Both the position numbers and the translations under genes were made by a program. A model generated the notes under the pieces. That model was not told where the DNA came from. It searched no databases and was given only the letters and a program-made list of their open reading frames with translations. Of a stretch of 64,000 nt of DNA, positions 32,756 to 45,989 are shown in pieces. The DNA is from Tubulanus polymorphus (lineage: Eukaryota > Animalia > Nemertea): contig NC_134032.1 in assembly GCF_964204645.1 (NCBI RefSeq), forward strand, positions 14,682,275 to 14,746,274. The letters are read 5' to 3'. How positions within the stretch are numbered: the stretch's first letter is position 1; every line of letters begins with the position of its first letter.

Positions 32756-33434
32756 AACTGTGTGAAAACAAAAAACTGCTTCGTCTGTTGCTCATTTTAC
32801 TTCTTAGCAACCTTGCATATGTGGATAATTTGAAGCAGAGCTTTTTGCTTACATTTTTTCTCTATTTGAGTTCAATTTAGTTTTGGAATTTAAACAAAAT
32901 TCAGGTACTAAAAACAGTCAATGAGTGAAGCCAAAAAAGAGCTATGCTATAGTCTTATATTCTAGCTAGTTTAGGCTAGATAATTACTTCAAAATATGTT
33001 ATGGTTGAATGATAATTGAACAGGTCTCAGATTTGCAGTTTAACTTAAGGCCTATCTAGTATCTAAGATTTAATTAAAGTTAGATAATAATGTATATGAA
33101 ATCATTTTTAAGTATAAAGTTGTCTGTATCTTGACCTGGCACGATAAAGGCTTAGGCTATAGTTTTTGAAATGAATAAGTTATTCATGAAAAAAGTCACA
33201 AGTGATTCAAATTTCAGCTTTTAATTGCTTAGGCTTTTAGCCTATGTTATGTTGTCAAAGGACAACAGTTTTAGGTTCTCTATAGCTATTTCATGTCCTA
33301 GGGCCATGGGAACCAAAAACCTAAATTTAGGGCCTATCTCTGTAGGCGCTATGAATACAGTTGAATATGAATTTTTGTTTGAACATTATTTTTCTTTTCC
33401 ACAGGGACATTGATCACCCTAATACCTATTGACA

Positions 33435-36400
33435 ATGGCTGAGAACGCAGGAGGTGACAATGCCGCAGTAGCGGAGGTGCCCCCACTATCTCTGCCTGAA
33501 GGTAAAAGAACTTACACCTATTTATGATAATTTTGTTGTCCCCCCTCGAAATATTCTTCATGAGATAATTTTGACTGAGCCTCAATAACTGATGGTAGCT
33601 TAAGTCACATACTCGTCACTGCAGTGGCAAAGGGGTCCAAACATTGCCCACTAATGTGGAGGAACTGGCTGAAATCAACAAGGGCCTCAGGGAGCCAGTT
33701 CCATAGTACAACTTAAGACTAATAGTGGTCTTAAATCTTAAGACTGGTCTTATATTGGCTATAGAACTAAGTGGTCTTAGACTGGTCTTAAGTCTTAAGC
33801 CCTGACTATGGAACCGGCCCCAGAAATTGAACATCACCACAGACTTTTATTCCAGAGAGTTCGTACGGATCAGAGACATCCGATTCCTTGATCCTGAAAT
33901 CCTGTTATGAGGGAGAGGTAGGGTTAGTTGAAGAAGTTGGGTTTGGAATTCACCGATAAAGTGCCTGGATATAGATAAAGCTGATTGTAGTCATCAGCAC
34001 ACACTCAGCTGTTTGTTTTCAGTAGTGAATGATTCTATCTGTTGTACGGTGTGTAGTTAGTATGTATATGTGGGTATTGATAGCTAATATGCACATCTGT
34101 TATCAAACAATCCGGCGGCTGCGTGTCCTGACATGTCCAACCCATGATGAATCTTCCTAGTCGTGACTGCTTAGGGACCGTTCACTAAGGGATCATTAAT
34201 TTATTACGTACGCATTAGGGGAGGGGGGAGGGGTCAGTGCAATAGCGTACTGCAATATTTAATGTATATGAAAAAATGGCCGATTTTGCGTATAGAGGAG
34301 GAGGGGGGTTGAAAAATTCAAATTTTATGCATACGTAATAAATGAATGATCCTGAAGTAAAGTACGCAAAAAATAGTTCTGAGGTCACACTGTTGTATTA
34401 TAATGCCAATCGACGTCCTACCTAGAGAAGTACTTTACGAATGGTACCCGTATGATAACGATATATTTAATTATTTGCGAGATTAGATCAATAATTTTAT
34501 CATACGTATGAAATGATACGAGATGAAACTCTGATATCCGATAGTCTGGGTCATTGCGTCTGACCTTGACCTCCACTATTATAATTGTGTTTATAGGACT
34601 ATATCCAGTGTTTCTACTGACACACAGAACTTTGCGCTGATTCTAAAGTTTAACAACAATGGATTTCGTTTTTTTTTAACACCTCTTCGAGAAAGTGTTG
34701 AACTTTTTTTTTTGTGAACTGGTAAATTTCAGCACTTGTTTTGTTCCATGTGTGGCATTGATAAATGCCAGCAGAAAAGTTCTACCCATAGTTGGTGTTG
34801 AGATGTTATCCCGGGTCAGGTTTTAACTTCAGTGAATTCTGGTTTTGATAAGCAGTATCGACTAGCGTCTATACTAAAAATGTCTTGCTGATATATTTTA
34901 CGATTTAGCTTTTTCCCGGTCGAGGGGGTCGCGAGGCAGCTGGGGCAGTTGTGAGATTCTGCTGTGTCATCGTGGAAGGCCTTTAGAGTTTGAATTCATG
35001 ATCCGGAGCAAGGAATTTAATATTCTCTGACTATTCCGCCCTGAGTTTGAGATCGACGGTCGCCGGTAACACATGTTTGAGACCGTATTGTGTTCGGGTT
35101 GAGATGAGCTAACAGATGTTTAAGCGGCGCCGCCACACCTGCTGCTGCTGCTGCTGCTGTGTAGTGACATTACAAAAAACTTCGCCCTCATTGAAAATTA
35201 ATCGATCTCTTATTGTTTCGATGTTAACAGACCGACAATGATTTAATTAACAATACTTTTCTCGGCTTTTTAGAGGTAACCAAGGCAACAGTACGCAAGA
35301 CTGTATGGGATTACATAATGAAACATCGTTTGGCTAATTTTCCGCTGCCAGTTTATCAGCGTATACCCAATGTGAAGGTAACTTTGTTAACTCAGGATCC
35401 AGTTTCACAGTTGTGAGTTCTAGATAACCCTTGGGTTAAAATTAGTTCATTTTCAATGAGTTAACTCTGAGTGAAATCTTAACTCACAACTGTGGATCTG
35501 GGTCCTGAGTTCTAGATAACCCTTGGGTTAAAATTAGTTCATTTTCAATGAGTTAACTCTGAGTCAAATCTAAACTCGAAACTGTGGAACTGGGTATTGC
35601 TAAAGGCGACTACTGGGATTATGATGAAATGCTGAATAAACCATCGGCTCAAGAAGAAAATCTTTGTTTTGTGGTGGTGGGATTAAAACGTCGCAGTTCC
35701 CGGAAATTCTCTTCAATCAGATGTTTTAATTTGTTGCTATACGTTTCAGGGTGCTGAAGACGCGAGTAAGAAGTTGGCAGAAACGACTGTTTTCAAGAAC
35801 GCCTCTACGATCAAGAGTAACCCAGATAAACCTCAAGAGGCAGCTAGACGACTGGCGTTGGAGGTGAGTGTACCAGGAGCAGGTCGTCATTGCTGCTGCT
35901 GATGATGACGTGTTCAGTTTCGCGAAATAACTCAAATTTGCCTATTTAAACCCGCTTTCGTTTCATGACTGTGACGTATTATGGGACCCTCCTGTTTTTC
36001 AAAAGGACCTGGCTTGTTAATTTCTTATTGAAAACACTACTTAAGGTCACGTTTAAGAATATCAATATATGGACTTTCCAGAGCTTTTAAGTTTTTTTTC
36101 CCCTGAAACCGACCCCTGGGGCCAGTTGCACAGTCGTGACTTGAGTCCAAAAGTGGTCTTAAATCTTAAGACTGGTCTTAAGTTGTTAGATTAGCTATAG
36201 AACTAAGTTGGTCTTAAGTCTAAGCCATGACTATGGAACCGGCCCCTGGGGTCGGTTTCATGAGAACGTTTAAGCTTAAATCAGTTAAGTTTGAATTTTT
36301 GCCCGCATTGGAAACATGAAGTATTAACCAATAGCAATTACACCAATTATTTTAGTTAAAACTGTTTCGTGAAATTGAACCCTGTTCTGACATTTTTCTA

Positions 36401-39400
36401 CGATTGTTACAGTTTTCGCGATTATAAATTTTGTATTTTTTCTTTCTTTTTGGTGTTTAGGCGAATAAAACGCTGTTGGTACCGACGCCGCGTTTACGAA
36501 CGACATTGTTCACCAAGTTAACGCCACCCGAAGAAGCCGATGAGGCGACGATGCAGAAGTGCGCCACCTCGCAGGGAATCCGAGAACACAGTCAACGAAT
36601 CGAGCTCGACGAATCGGTGAAGATCGATCTGATTTTACTCGGTTCGGTCGCCGTATCCAGTAAAGGTAAATATCGCTATGAATCGCCTTTTAACTGTAGA
36701 AACCGATTCCACGGTTGAGTGAGTTAAGATTTGTAGAATTTAGTTCAATCATTGAAAATGAACTTATTTAAGCTCAGAGTTAACTAAGGAAATCAGGGAT
36801 TTTTTTTCTTCGCTAAAGTCAGGGAAATAAGTTTAAAAAAAGCTCAAATTCAGGAAAACTTGGCTATTTTCTTCTCTTTAAAAAACTCGTCTCGGGCTAT
36901 TTTCTTTTTAAAAAATTCCAGTAAAGGTAAAGATCGCTATAAATCGCGTTTTAACAGTAGAAACCGATTCCACGGTTGAGTGAGTTAAGATTTGTAGACT
37001 TAGAGTTCAATCATAGAAAATGAACCAATTTAAACTCAGATTTAACTAACTCATAACCGTGGAACTGGAAATCAGGGATTTTTTTTTTCTTCTCTAAAGT
37101 CAGGGAAATAAGTTTAAAAAAAGCTAAAAATCAGGGAAACTCTGGCTATTTTCTTCTCTTTAAAAAACTCGTCTCGGGCTATTTTCTTTTTAAAAAAATC
37201 GCGCAATTTTGTAAGGAAAAAAAAAGCTTTAAGTCAGATAGATTTGTTGAGATTGCCAGATGGCGCGTAAAATCAAACCGTTTCCGTCTATGTCTTATTA
37301 TTTTACTATCACCAGCGTTAATTGATTGGATTCTTATCGGATGAAGTGATAACAATGTTCACGTCAGGGAACTAGTCAGGGGGAAAATAAGTTAGATAAA
37401 AGTGGTCACCCTGATCGTCGTTAAATCTTCTTTCTCAGGATATCTTATCAGTTTACCCTTTCTCAGTGCGTCTACAACGCACTGTGGTGTATAAATCAGT
37501 TATAGATTTTGCTAGTACATCGCACTGCGGTGTATTGATGTAATTAGTAATTATCTCTCTTGAAAGATGGCAGCACCTGTCAGACATAGTGAAATACTAA
37601 TAACTAACGATACAGCGCCGCGGTGTAGACGCACTATAGTCTCCCGTTAACACATTAGGGTGGAATTTTTTGGAACTTTCAAATTATCTCCAGCACTATA
37701 GGGTATTAATTAGTCAGCACTGAAAGGGTTAATAGTTAGTAATTTTAAATTTCTCGTCTCAGGATATCGTATCGGTAAAGGAGATGGGTTCTTCGATCTG
37801 GAATACGCGATGATGAGATCGGTTGGCGCCGTCACCGACAGCACTCCGATCGTTACGACCGTTCAGGATTTCCAGGTGTTCGATTTACCCGAGTCGATAT
37901 TCAGCGAACACGACATCCGGGTGGATTACGTCATCACTCCGACGCAAGTTATACAATGTGGGTACGTATTATATTTACACCACCACCAGATGGCGTGGCC
38001 GTTTACCGGGGCAAATCGGGGGAAAAGTCTGTCAGCGAATTTTCTTTTCTCTAAAAAAAGTCAGAGAATAGTCTGGGAATTTTGTATAAAAAAGCGAATC
38101 AGATAGATTAGTTGGGATTGGTAGGTCGTGCGTAAGATCTAACATGTCTGTGTCTATTTTAAGTTGATTTGATTCTTAACAGATCGGATCACGGAAAAAA
38201 TGCCCATGTCAGGGAATAGTTCGGGGTAGAAGTGGCCACCCACTGGTATAATAGGACATTGCTGATTATTTTTTCCAAAAAAAGAATTTGACGAGTCACG
38301 TCTCCAAAACTTGCGTCATCGTCCATCAAGTCGGTACGCTAGCGCCACCTGGTTGCACCATCGATTGCTACAGTTGACTGCGGAGTCCTCGTCGTTGAAT
38401 TCAAGGAAATAAGAATTTGAAATAGAAAAGTGTTCGTGTGTTAACAATGGATTGTATTGCGTTTATTCTGTAGGAAACATACCCAACCCCGGGCCATCAA
38501 CTGGTCTCTATTGACGGAGGACCGTCTGAATCGAATCCCGGTGCTCAAAAAGCTGCGTCTGTTTGAACTGAAGGCCGGTAAAGATGTCCGCCTCAAGGAC
38601 GAAGAAGAGGTCAGTCACGTTCTTAAAATTTTACTTAACCCATTAGCACTCAAGTGGAAGGTATCCGCCCTGCGTATTACTCCTCAAGCCGCCCGAATCC
38701 GCCCCGGCACTTTTTTCGTATGCTGCACGAAAACAGTTATAGTGGGATTCAAACCCGATAGGTTTTGATAAACTAGACATCCGAGTCCTCGAAATACCGA
38801 ACATGAAACAACATCCTCCTATTTGAAATTCTCCAGTATTTGGAGTATTAGTACAGAGGGTTTAGATGTTGATTGATAAGATAATTTCATTACTCTCTCG
38901 CAGTTTCCATGGTATGTGATGGAGGGAACGATAATTTTGTTTATAAATATTCGGACGTATTAAGAGAAATATAACTAGCGATATAAACGAGGTTATTTAC
39001 TCTGTATACAAATACGTGTATTATTTACGATACGCTAAAAGGGGATCTATCTCGGCCATCTTGAATACATTGTCGTTCCATTCGATCTGCGTGTAAAAAA
39101 GTGAAAAGTATAAAACTGGTGCCGATTAGCGCGCGTGACGTTTTTCAGTGACGTCATTTTTACATTCTGGGACCAGTACCACTGTTCTGTGTTAAGATTT
39201 TGACTCAAGAGTTAACTCATTGAAAATGAAATAACTTCAACTCAGAGTTAACTCTAACTCGCAACTGTGGAACTGGGTCCTGAGTTCAGAGTTATCTCTT
39301 ACTCACAACTGTGGAACTGGGTCCTGTGTTCAGAGTTATCTCTTACTCACAACTGTAGAACTGGGTCCTGTGCTTTACTAAATTTGGAGTTTTCGATATG

Positions 39401-41207
39401 TTGAAGTTTCTAAACGCGTTTAAATATGGAATGTTTGGCGGCAAATTCAGTAAGTTGGGATGTGTCGATGTTGATGTTTTCAGGCGCCATCTGTTGAGAA
39501 GTTACAAGAAGAAGCAGATGGAATTAACGACGACGACGAGAATGAACCCCCGAATTATTACCGCAGGCGCCGTCGTTACAGGAAGTACGTTTAATTTACA
39601 CCAGGGGGTGCTGGGTAGTGCATTGTAATCACAAGAGGGTGGGCGGACAGTGTAATGAGGATAACAATTCAAACTTAACTGTTTTAGGCTTAAACTTTTT
39701 CGTGAAACTGGGCCCTGGGGCGGGTAGTGCATTTTATCAACACCAGGGGGCACTCATTCATTAATGTGCCTTGTGTTCAGATTTTAAAATATTAACGTTG
39801 TTTTTATTTCGTGCAGCGATTATTCGAACTACAGAAGAAGAGATCGCAGACCGAACTCCGAAGGAGGCGACGGAAGTCAAGGCGAAGAGGGAGGTAGCCC
39901 GTCTCGAGGTGGCAGCAGCGGAGGAGCAGGTGGCGCCACCGATAAAGATGGCCGCGTTAAACGTCGTTTCGGTCGTCGTAGATTCAGCCGTCGCAGACGC
40001 AGAACCAACTCTAACAAAGTACGTGCGAACTCTCCTCCCTCACCACACACACACACACATGTAACTCCTCTTTCTCAAACCTCTTTTATCTCTCCCTCGT
40101 CCTTCCCCTCTCTCTCTCTCACCCTCACTCTCCCTCTCTCCCCTCACTCTCACCCTCTCTCAACCTCACTCTCACCCTCTCCCCTCACTCTCTCCCCTCT
40201 CTCCCCCCTCACTCTCACCCTCTCCCCTCACCCTCTCCCCTCACTCTCCCTCTCTCTCCCCTCACTCTCTCACCCTCTGTCCCTTTACTGCTTCGAGAAT
40301 GCTCTGGTAATTCATGATAGTAGAAAAAAATGAGAAATTGCTCACTCTCTCCCCTCACTCTCACCCTCCCATCACTCACTCACCCTCACTCTCTCACCCC
40401 CATCTTTCTCACCCTCTACTCCTCTCTTTCTCTCACCCTCTACCCCTTACTGCTTTAATGCTCTGGTAATTCATGATTATAGAAAAAAATGAGAAATTTC
40501 AAAGCGTTGAGTTGAAAAAAACAATTACATTGAATCAATTTCATTTTTTTGTGAATCGATTTTCCCTTCGTGAATGAAGCGTTGTTAGAGAGATCAGACG
40601 TCGAAAGTGAAATAATAATTGTTGATGTATTTTATTTCAGGAGAATGATGAAACTGGAGGATCCGAAGGAGAACGAGTCGAAGGAGAGGAGGGCGAGAAA
40701 AAAACCGACCGTCGTCGAAGACCGTTCCGTCGTCCTAATCGACGCGGTAACAGCCAGACGGAGGGCGGTAACAGCGATTCGGCCGGCGACGGTGAATCGC
40801 CGAGCGGTGCAGGTGGCGCCGGCGGTCGACCGCAGCGTCGCTTCCCGCGTACGCGCACGTATTCGGTGTACGTCGGCGGTCTGCCTCCGTCTCTACGCGT
40901 CAGCCATTTTAAGAAGGAGGTCCGCAACAAAGACGTCAACCCGATACAGGTCGTGTGGCACGGCAACAACGGTCACGCGTTCCTCGTATTCATGGGCGAG
41001 GACGAGGCTCACTCGGCGCTCGATCGACTCGGCGACTTCGAGATCACCAACGACAAGGGTAAGAAGAAACTGCGTATCGAGGTAGCGAACCGGAGCCGTC
41101 AGGGCGGCGGCGGCGGCGGGACGGGAGGTAAGTCTCGCGGAGGCGCGGGAGGTGAAAGCGGCGACGGAGGCGACGAGGCGACCGGCAGCGGTCACGACGA
41201 CAACTAA
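33435..41207 (+). CDS. MTHFSD: Methenyltetrahydrofolate synthetase domain-containing protein (5-FTHF cyclo-ligase-like domain plus C-terminal RRM), 564 aa
   Basis: Exons 33435-33501, 35274-35377, 35750-35863, 36461-36665, 37763-37961, 38474-38609, 39484-39584, 39817-40018, 40641-41207 splice in frame. Motifs ANFPLPVYQRIPNVK, PDKPQE, LLVPTPRLRT, KCATSQG, GSVAVS, RIGKGDGFFDLEYAMM, EHDIRVDYVITPT, AGKDVRL; RRM VYVGGLP...GHAFLVF. Confidence 0.95.
34188..34352. mobile_element. Harbinger-like MITE
   Basis: ggatcattaatttattacgta ... tacgtaataaatgaatgatcc inverted termini. Confidence 0.6.
36119..36245. mobile_element. MITE family A copy with CTG target-site duplication
   Basis: CTG|gggccagttgcacagtc ... 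gactatggaaccggccc|CTG, flanked by termini of related elements. Confidence 0.75.
37456..37728. mobile_element. piggyBac-like MITE (opposite orientation to 15847-16308)
   Basis: cccttt..cagtgc ... gcactgaaaggg|TTAA and shared internal sequence. Confidence 0.8.
40062..40450. repeat. CT-rich low-complexity tract in MTHFSD intron
   Basis: ctctcccctcactctcacc repeats. Confidence 0.85.
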
Positions 41208-44200
41208 ACTAAACATCGTTCATCACGCGACCGGCTTTTGACTAATAGATGGCAGCACATGTATTTTTGATTGGTGCTTCGTATGAATGTTTCATTTCGT
41301 TTAAAGTACATATAACCCCCCTTTGTGTGCGTCCAAATTCGAGGCCGTTTTTTTTTTTTTTCTTTTTAAAATTAATTTCAAATTTAGAAACGGCGACAAC
41401 AACACGTTGTTACGTAAAATTGTAAAAATGTAGCGCGGCATATTTTATTTTCTTGCATGGTTTCGGTTTTTGCATTCGGTTCGCGCGCGCGTGCAATATT
41501 TCGATATATTTAGTTCAGTTTTTTGATTTCAATCGAGAATTTAACATGAATTCGAAAAGCAACGACGTCTTAACGCGATATTTCGTTTCTAATAAAAAAT
41601 TATATTTTTATTAATATCGGTTTTTACTCCAAATTTTGAAATGAAAAGAAAATGAAAAATCAAAGAAAATAAAAAGAAATCGGATACGATTTCGAATGAT
41701 TGTTTTTGACGATTGGAGAATTTTAAAAAGAATTAATTGATTTAAAAAAATATGTTACGTCGATTTAACGAATCTTTTTTTGTTGGTTTTTACTACAAAA
41801 AAGAAAGAAAATTTACCCCCCAAAAAAAAGGAGGAATCACGTTTGTGTGTGTGTTGACTTTTTAGTAATGTTAATGATATATAGGGGGCAGTGTTTTCAG
41901 AGTACGGGGAGCGGACTCTAACCCCCTGCCTCCCCCTGCGCCGGTTACCGAATGGCGTACTACCATCAAAATTTGTAGTTATGATTTTGGAGTTTCATAA
42001 AACATTGAACCAACTGACGAGTTTGTGTTCTGTCAGTTCAGGCGTGTATATGGTGTTATTCTAGCCTGGATTATAATATTGTCTCTAAATATTTATTGAT
42101 TTTTCCGATTGTGTCATGTTTGTCGGTCGTTTGATATATCAATAACTAATTTGATATATTGTTAACTAATTTGATATATCGTTAACCGCTATGATATATC
42201 ATCAATAACTAATTCGATATATCATTAACTAATTTATTCGATGAATGAATTTTTCCCGTGTAGTTTTTACGCGTGTTTTTTCCTGCGCGTATTTTTGTTC
42301 AATCTCGCGCGTGCCGGTCGACGTTACGGAAATGATGGTTTCCACGACGACGGGCGCGCGCGCATGCGTAAGAAATTTACGCCGAAAATTATTGTTGCAG
42401 TTTTGTTTCTGTTGGTTTAACTCTGAATTTAATAATAATTAAAAAAAAAAAGAAAAAACCCCTGAACAATAAATAAATCCCAGCAAATAGAACTCGATCT
42501 TTTTGAAAAATAATCGTAATCGTTTTGATGAGTTGTTCACCGCAGTTTTCTCTTGACCTGTCAAAGTTCACCGAAATTCGTTCTGCTCTGAAAAATGCCC
42601 TCGGAATTCAAATTCGGAATAAGAAAAAACGATCGAGTATTTTTTTATCAGAATTCGGAATTTCGTTTAATTTCGCTCAGGCACCTCTGAGAAATATTTG
42701 ATTTTGCTGATTGTAACTTCGATGATGGCATTTATGAACATTAATGAATTTGAAAGCGTTTTGACTGGAATTTGAAGGCTTTATTCTCGAGTCTCGGCTC
42801 TGCTTTATAAGAATGGAAAAAAGAGAAGAGGAAAACCTGTTTTTTTTTGTCACTTTGAATTACGAGAAAAAGATGGGAGTGTATTTAAATGTTTAAAAAA
42901 AAAACCCAGCATTATTATACCCAAGAATCGGACGTATAAATAATATTTCCATGTTCCAAGTTATCATTTGCCTTGTGTTTGATTTTACAGAGAAACTGGG
43001 AATTTTTGCACGCAATGTAAATAATTGATAATAAATTATCATTTTTCCGAGCTGGTCTCCACCGCTGCCCTCTGGTGTCTCTCGCGAGCGAACTTCGGTT
43101 TTCGTAGTCCAGTCTCGGAACGACGGTGGTAGCGACTGATAATAGTTTCCGAAGATGGAACGCGATAATCGAAGTTCGTTCGTCCGCTATTGTAAAATCG
43201 TATTTCTTCTTAATTATCTACTGCTGTAACTACCTATCAGACCACTAGGTGGCGACACCTGACGATTAGAAACATCGAACTTTCGTAGAGAAATCTGGCT
43301 TCGATTTTACCGCTCACTAGAATACGACCTTGAACTCTTTGACTATCGACTGCTTGCGGTTTTTAAAAATCGCGTAACTTTCGGGGAATCCCTGGCGTGT
43401 TCATCTTCCCGCTCATTTTTTGGTGGTACGGTTTCTAAAAATAGTTCATTTTCTCCGCGATCGTTTATTATTATAATTATTAGATCATCGTAAAAACTTT
43501 GTTCATTTTTGCATATCATTTATTTTTTCTACGTAAAACTCTTATTGCCGCGGGCGACAGTTTATGTCGTTCATTTTACGTTTCGAAGGACGGAAGAAAA
43601 GCTTTAATTTGTAACAAAAAAGGCTGAAAAATATATTGAATGATCAATTTTCGAAATACCAAACAAATGACTTAACAGCAGTGAATCTCGTGCTTCAGTT
43701 GTCATCAGAGATGTGTCTTTGTTTTTGAGTACAAATTTGTATTTCTAATTCAAGCTCTTTCATCAATTACTAGTGGCATTAAACTCATCTACAAGTATAT
43801 TATAATTATTATTATTATTATTATTATTATCATTACATAAAAATAATATGTAAATAGTATTTATGATCAAAAAATTTATAGAAATAAAAATATAATTATT
43901 AATTAATTATAATTACAATGCTAACGTAGTGAAGCGAGAGTGAGTTTTTTTTTTTGTTATAAAAAGTGTGCAAAGTTACTTTTTATAGGGGGCGGGCGGG
44001 GAATAGATTTTTAGAAAACGTTCACTTTCACTTTTTTTCCCAGTTAAGAGAAGGATATTTCTGAAGTTTCCCTAAATTAGTTTCTCATCGGCAAATCGAG
44101 TACTTAAAAAAAAAAAAACGATACAAACGGATTTTTCTGATTTCGTCAGGAATCGATGAATCGAATATTCATTTCATGTGACAACTACTCAAAATCTGAT

Positions 44201-45989
44201 GCGTTGCGCAACAAAAAAAGAAAACAAACCCGAAGCTCGTATAATTTAAACGGTCTAAACTCGGATAAGTCGTCAAATAATTGAAGTCATTACGATTTTT
44301 AAAACCATTTCTAATTCAATTTACTAAGTTTAAGTCGTCAATTGGATTTATAAGTCGTCACATCTCTTTTTTTGAGTCTCAATTTTTATTTCTAATTCAA
44401 TTTACTAATTGTAAGTCGTCATATTACTGAAGTCGTCATTATTTATGAGTCACAAAGTTTGTATTTCTAATTCAAATTACTAATTGTAAGTCGTCGTTTG
44501 AATAAGTCATCGATTTTAATGACCGTCCCGAGAGCTATGACGACCAAACTGATTTTGATTGTTCCGCTTCGACCGCGTTACGTTGTTGACAAAAAAGGTA
44601 AAAGTTTTCATCGAATGTTTTAAATGTTGAAAAAAAAATTGTTGTAAAAAAAGACGAGAAATTTTTTTTCGATTCGATTCGATTGAAAACGAATGAATTT
44701 TAGAAGACGGGGATTTGATTAAATGGTTATTATTTTCACGAGAGAAACAAACTATGCAGTTACTGTAATGATATTCAGATAAATAAAAACTTGTAAAAAT
44801 TGAAAAACATCGGTAATCGTTTATTATTCTTTGTTAGGCTAAATAAAAATGATACCTTGTTTCTCCGCAGCGGCCGGGTCAATTTTGTAAAATATGATAA
44901 AATTTATAAACAGTTCATTTCTATAGCGGCCGGGTCTGTTATGGTGAAATTGATCACGATTTTAAAAAAAGTAATGTATAGGGTAGATAGGCGGCCGGCC
45001 GGGTCAACATTAAAGCTCAGCAGAGCGGAGAAACAAGGTATCAATTTGTTTTAGCCTTAGTTTGTTGTATTTGTTGGAAGTCCTTGAAACTGTTGACTGC
45101 ATCTATACAACGACAGGACCCCCGGCCCTCCCCTGGGCAACCAATCTACATGTTACAACTCTGCAGCAAACTGAGACCGGCAAACTCTTATGGACGGACT
45201 GGAAAGAATTGTCGAACCTGAACGAATGTTCGAGTAAAAGACTAGAATTACATCAGGAAAAGATGTAATTTTTGTCTTGAGTTGAGATTGATTTACTATC
45301 CGTTGACTACTGTTAGTAATTTGATCAGTCTTCATCAGGTGTGGAAAATTGGGGTTTCGATTCTGTTGCGTGATATTTTTCTATCTAAGATTGAAACTGG
45401 TATTGGTGAGAGTGTGCTATTCGACAATTAAAAACTAGGACTGTCCCGGGTTCGAACACATGCGATATCGATCCTGATCTCTTTTAGACTGATTGCCTGA
45501 CCCATTCAATATATTCTAACTGAAGGTAGATACCGGCAACCAGTCTACCCAGAGAAAAGAAGGTACATGAAAATAATACAATGTGGTCATAAATTAGATT
45601 CGCGGTTTAGTATCGAAGGGACAGCGGCTGGGGCACGAGGGCCCCTCCCAAAAGGGTTCGGCACCGCTGCGCCAAGATGTCGTGTACTTTGTGTCCCCAC
45701 TGCTGGTGAATTCGATATCAGATATTGGTGCATCTTCACCCGTCAAGGGATTCGAACCCACTACGCTAAAGCTGTTCCCCGAAGGTGGAAGCGAGTTCGG
45801 GAGTGATACTGGACCCCTGGCAAGCGAGGATGGTGCTATGTTTGATAGAAAACCTGGATCAAATCCGTTTAGTAGCGAATAGTCCGCTAGCCGATGAATA
45901 GTGGAATCTACTTCCTGCCGCTGGGTGGTGCACCGGTCGAAAACTGCGGTTTAATATAGTGCGAATTGGTAAATCGATCTGAAGCCGCG

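Noticed and set aside
40570-41216. Alternative-frame and antisense ORFs over the last MTHFSD exon
   Set aside because: Shadows of a GC-rich coding exon.
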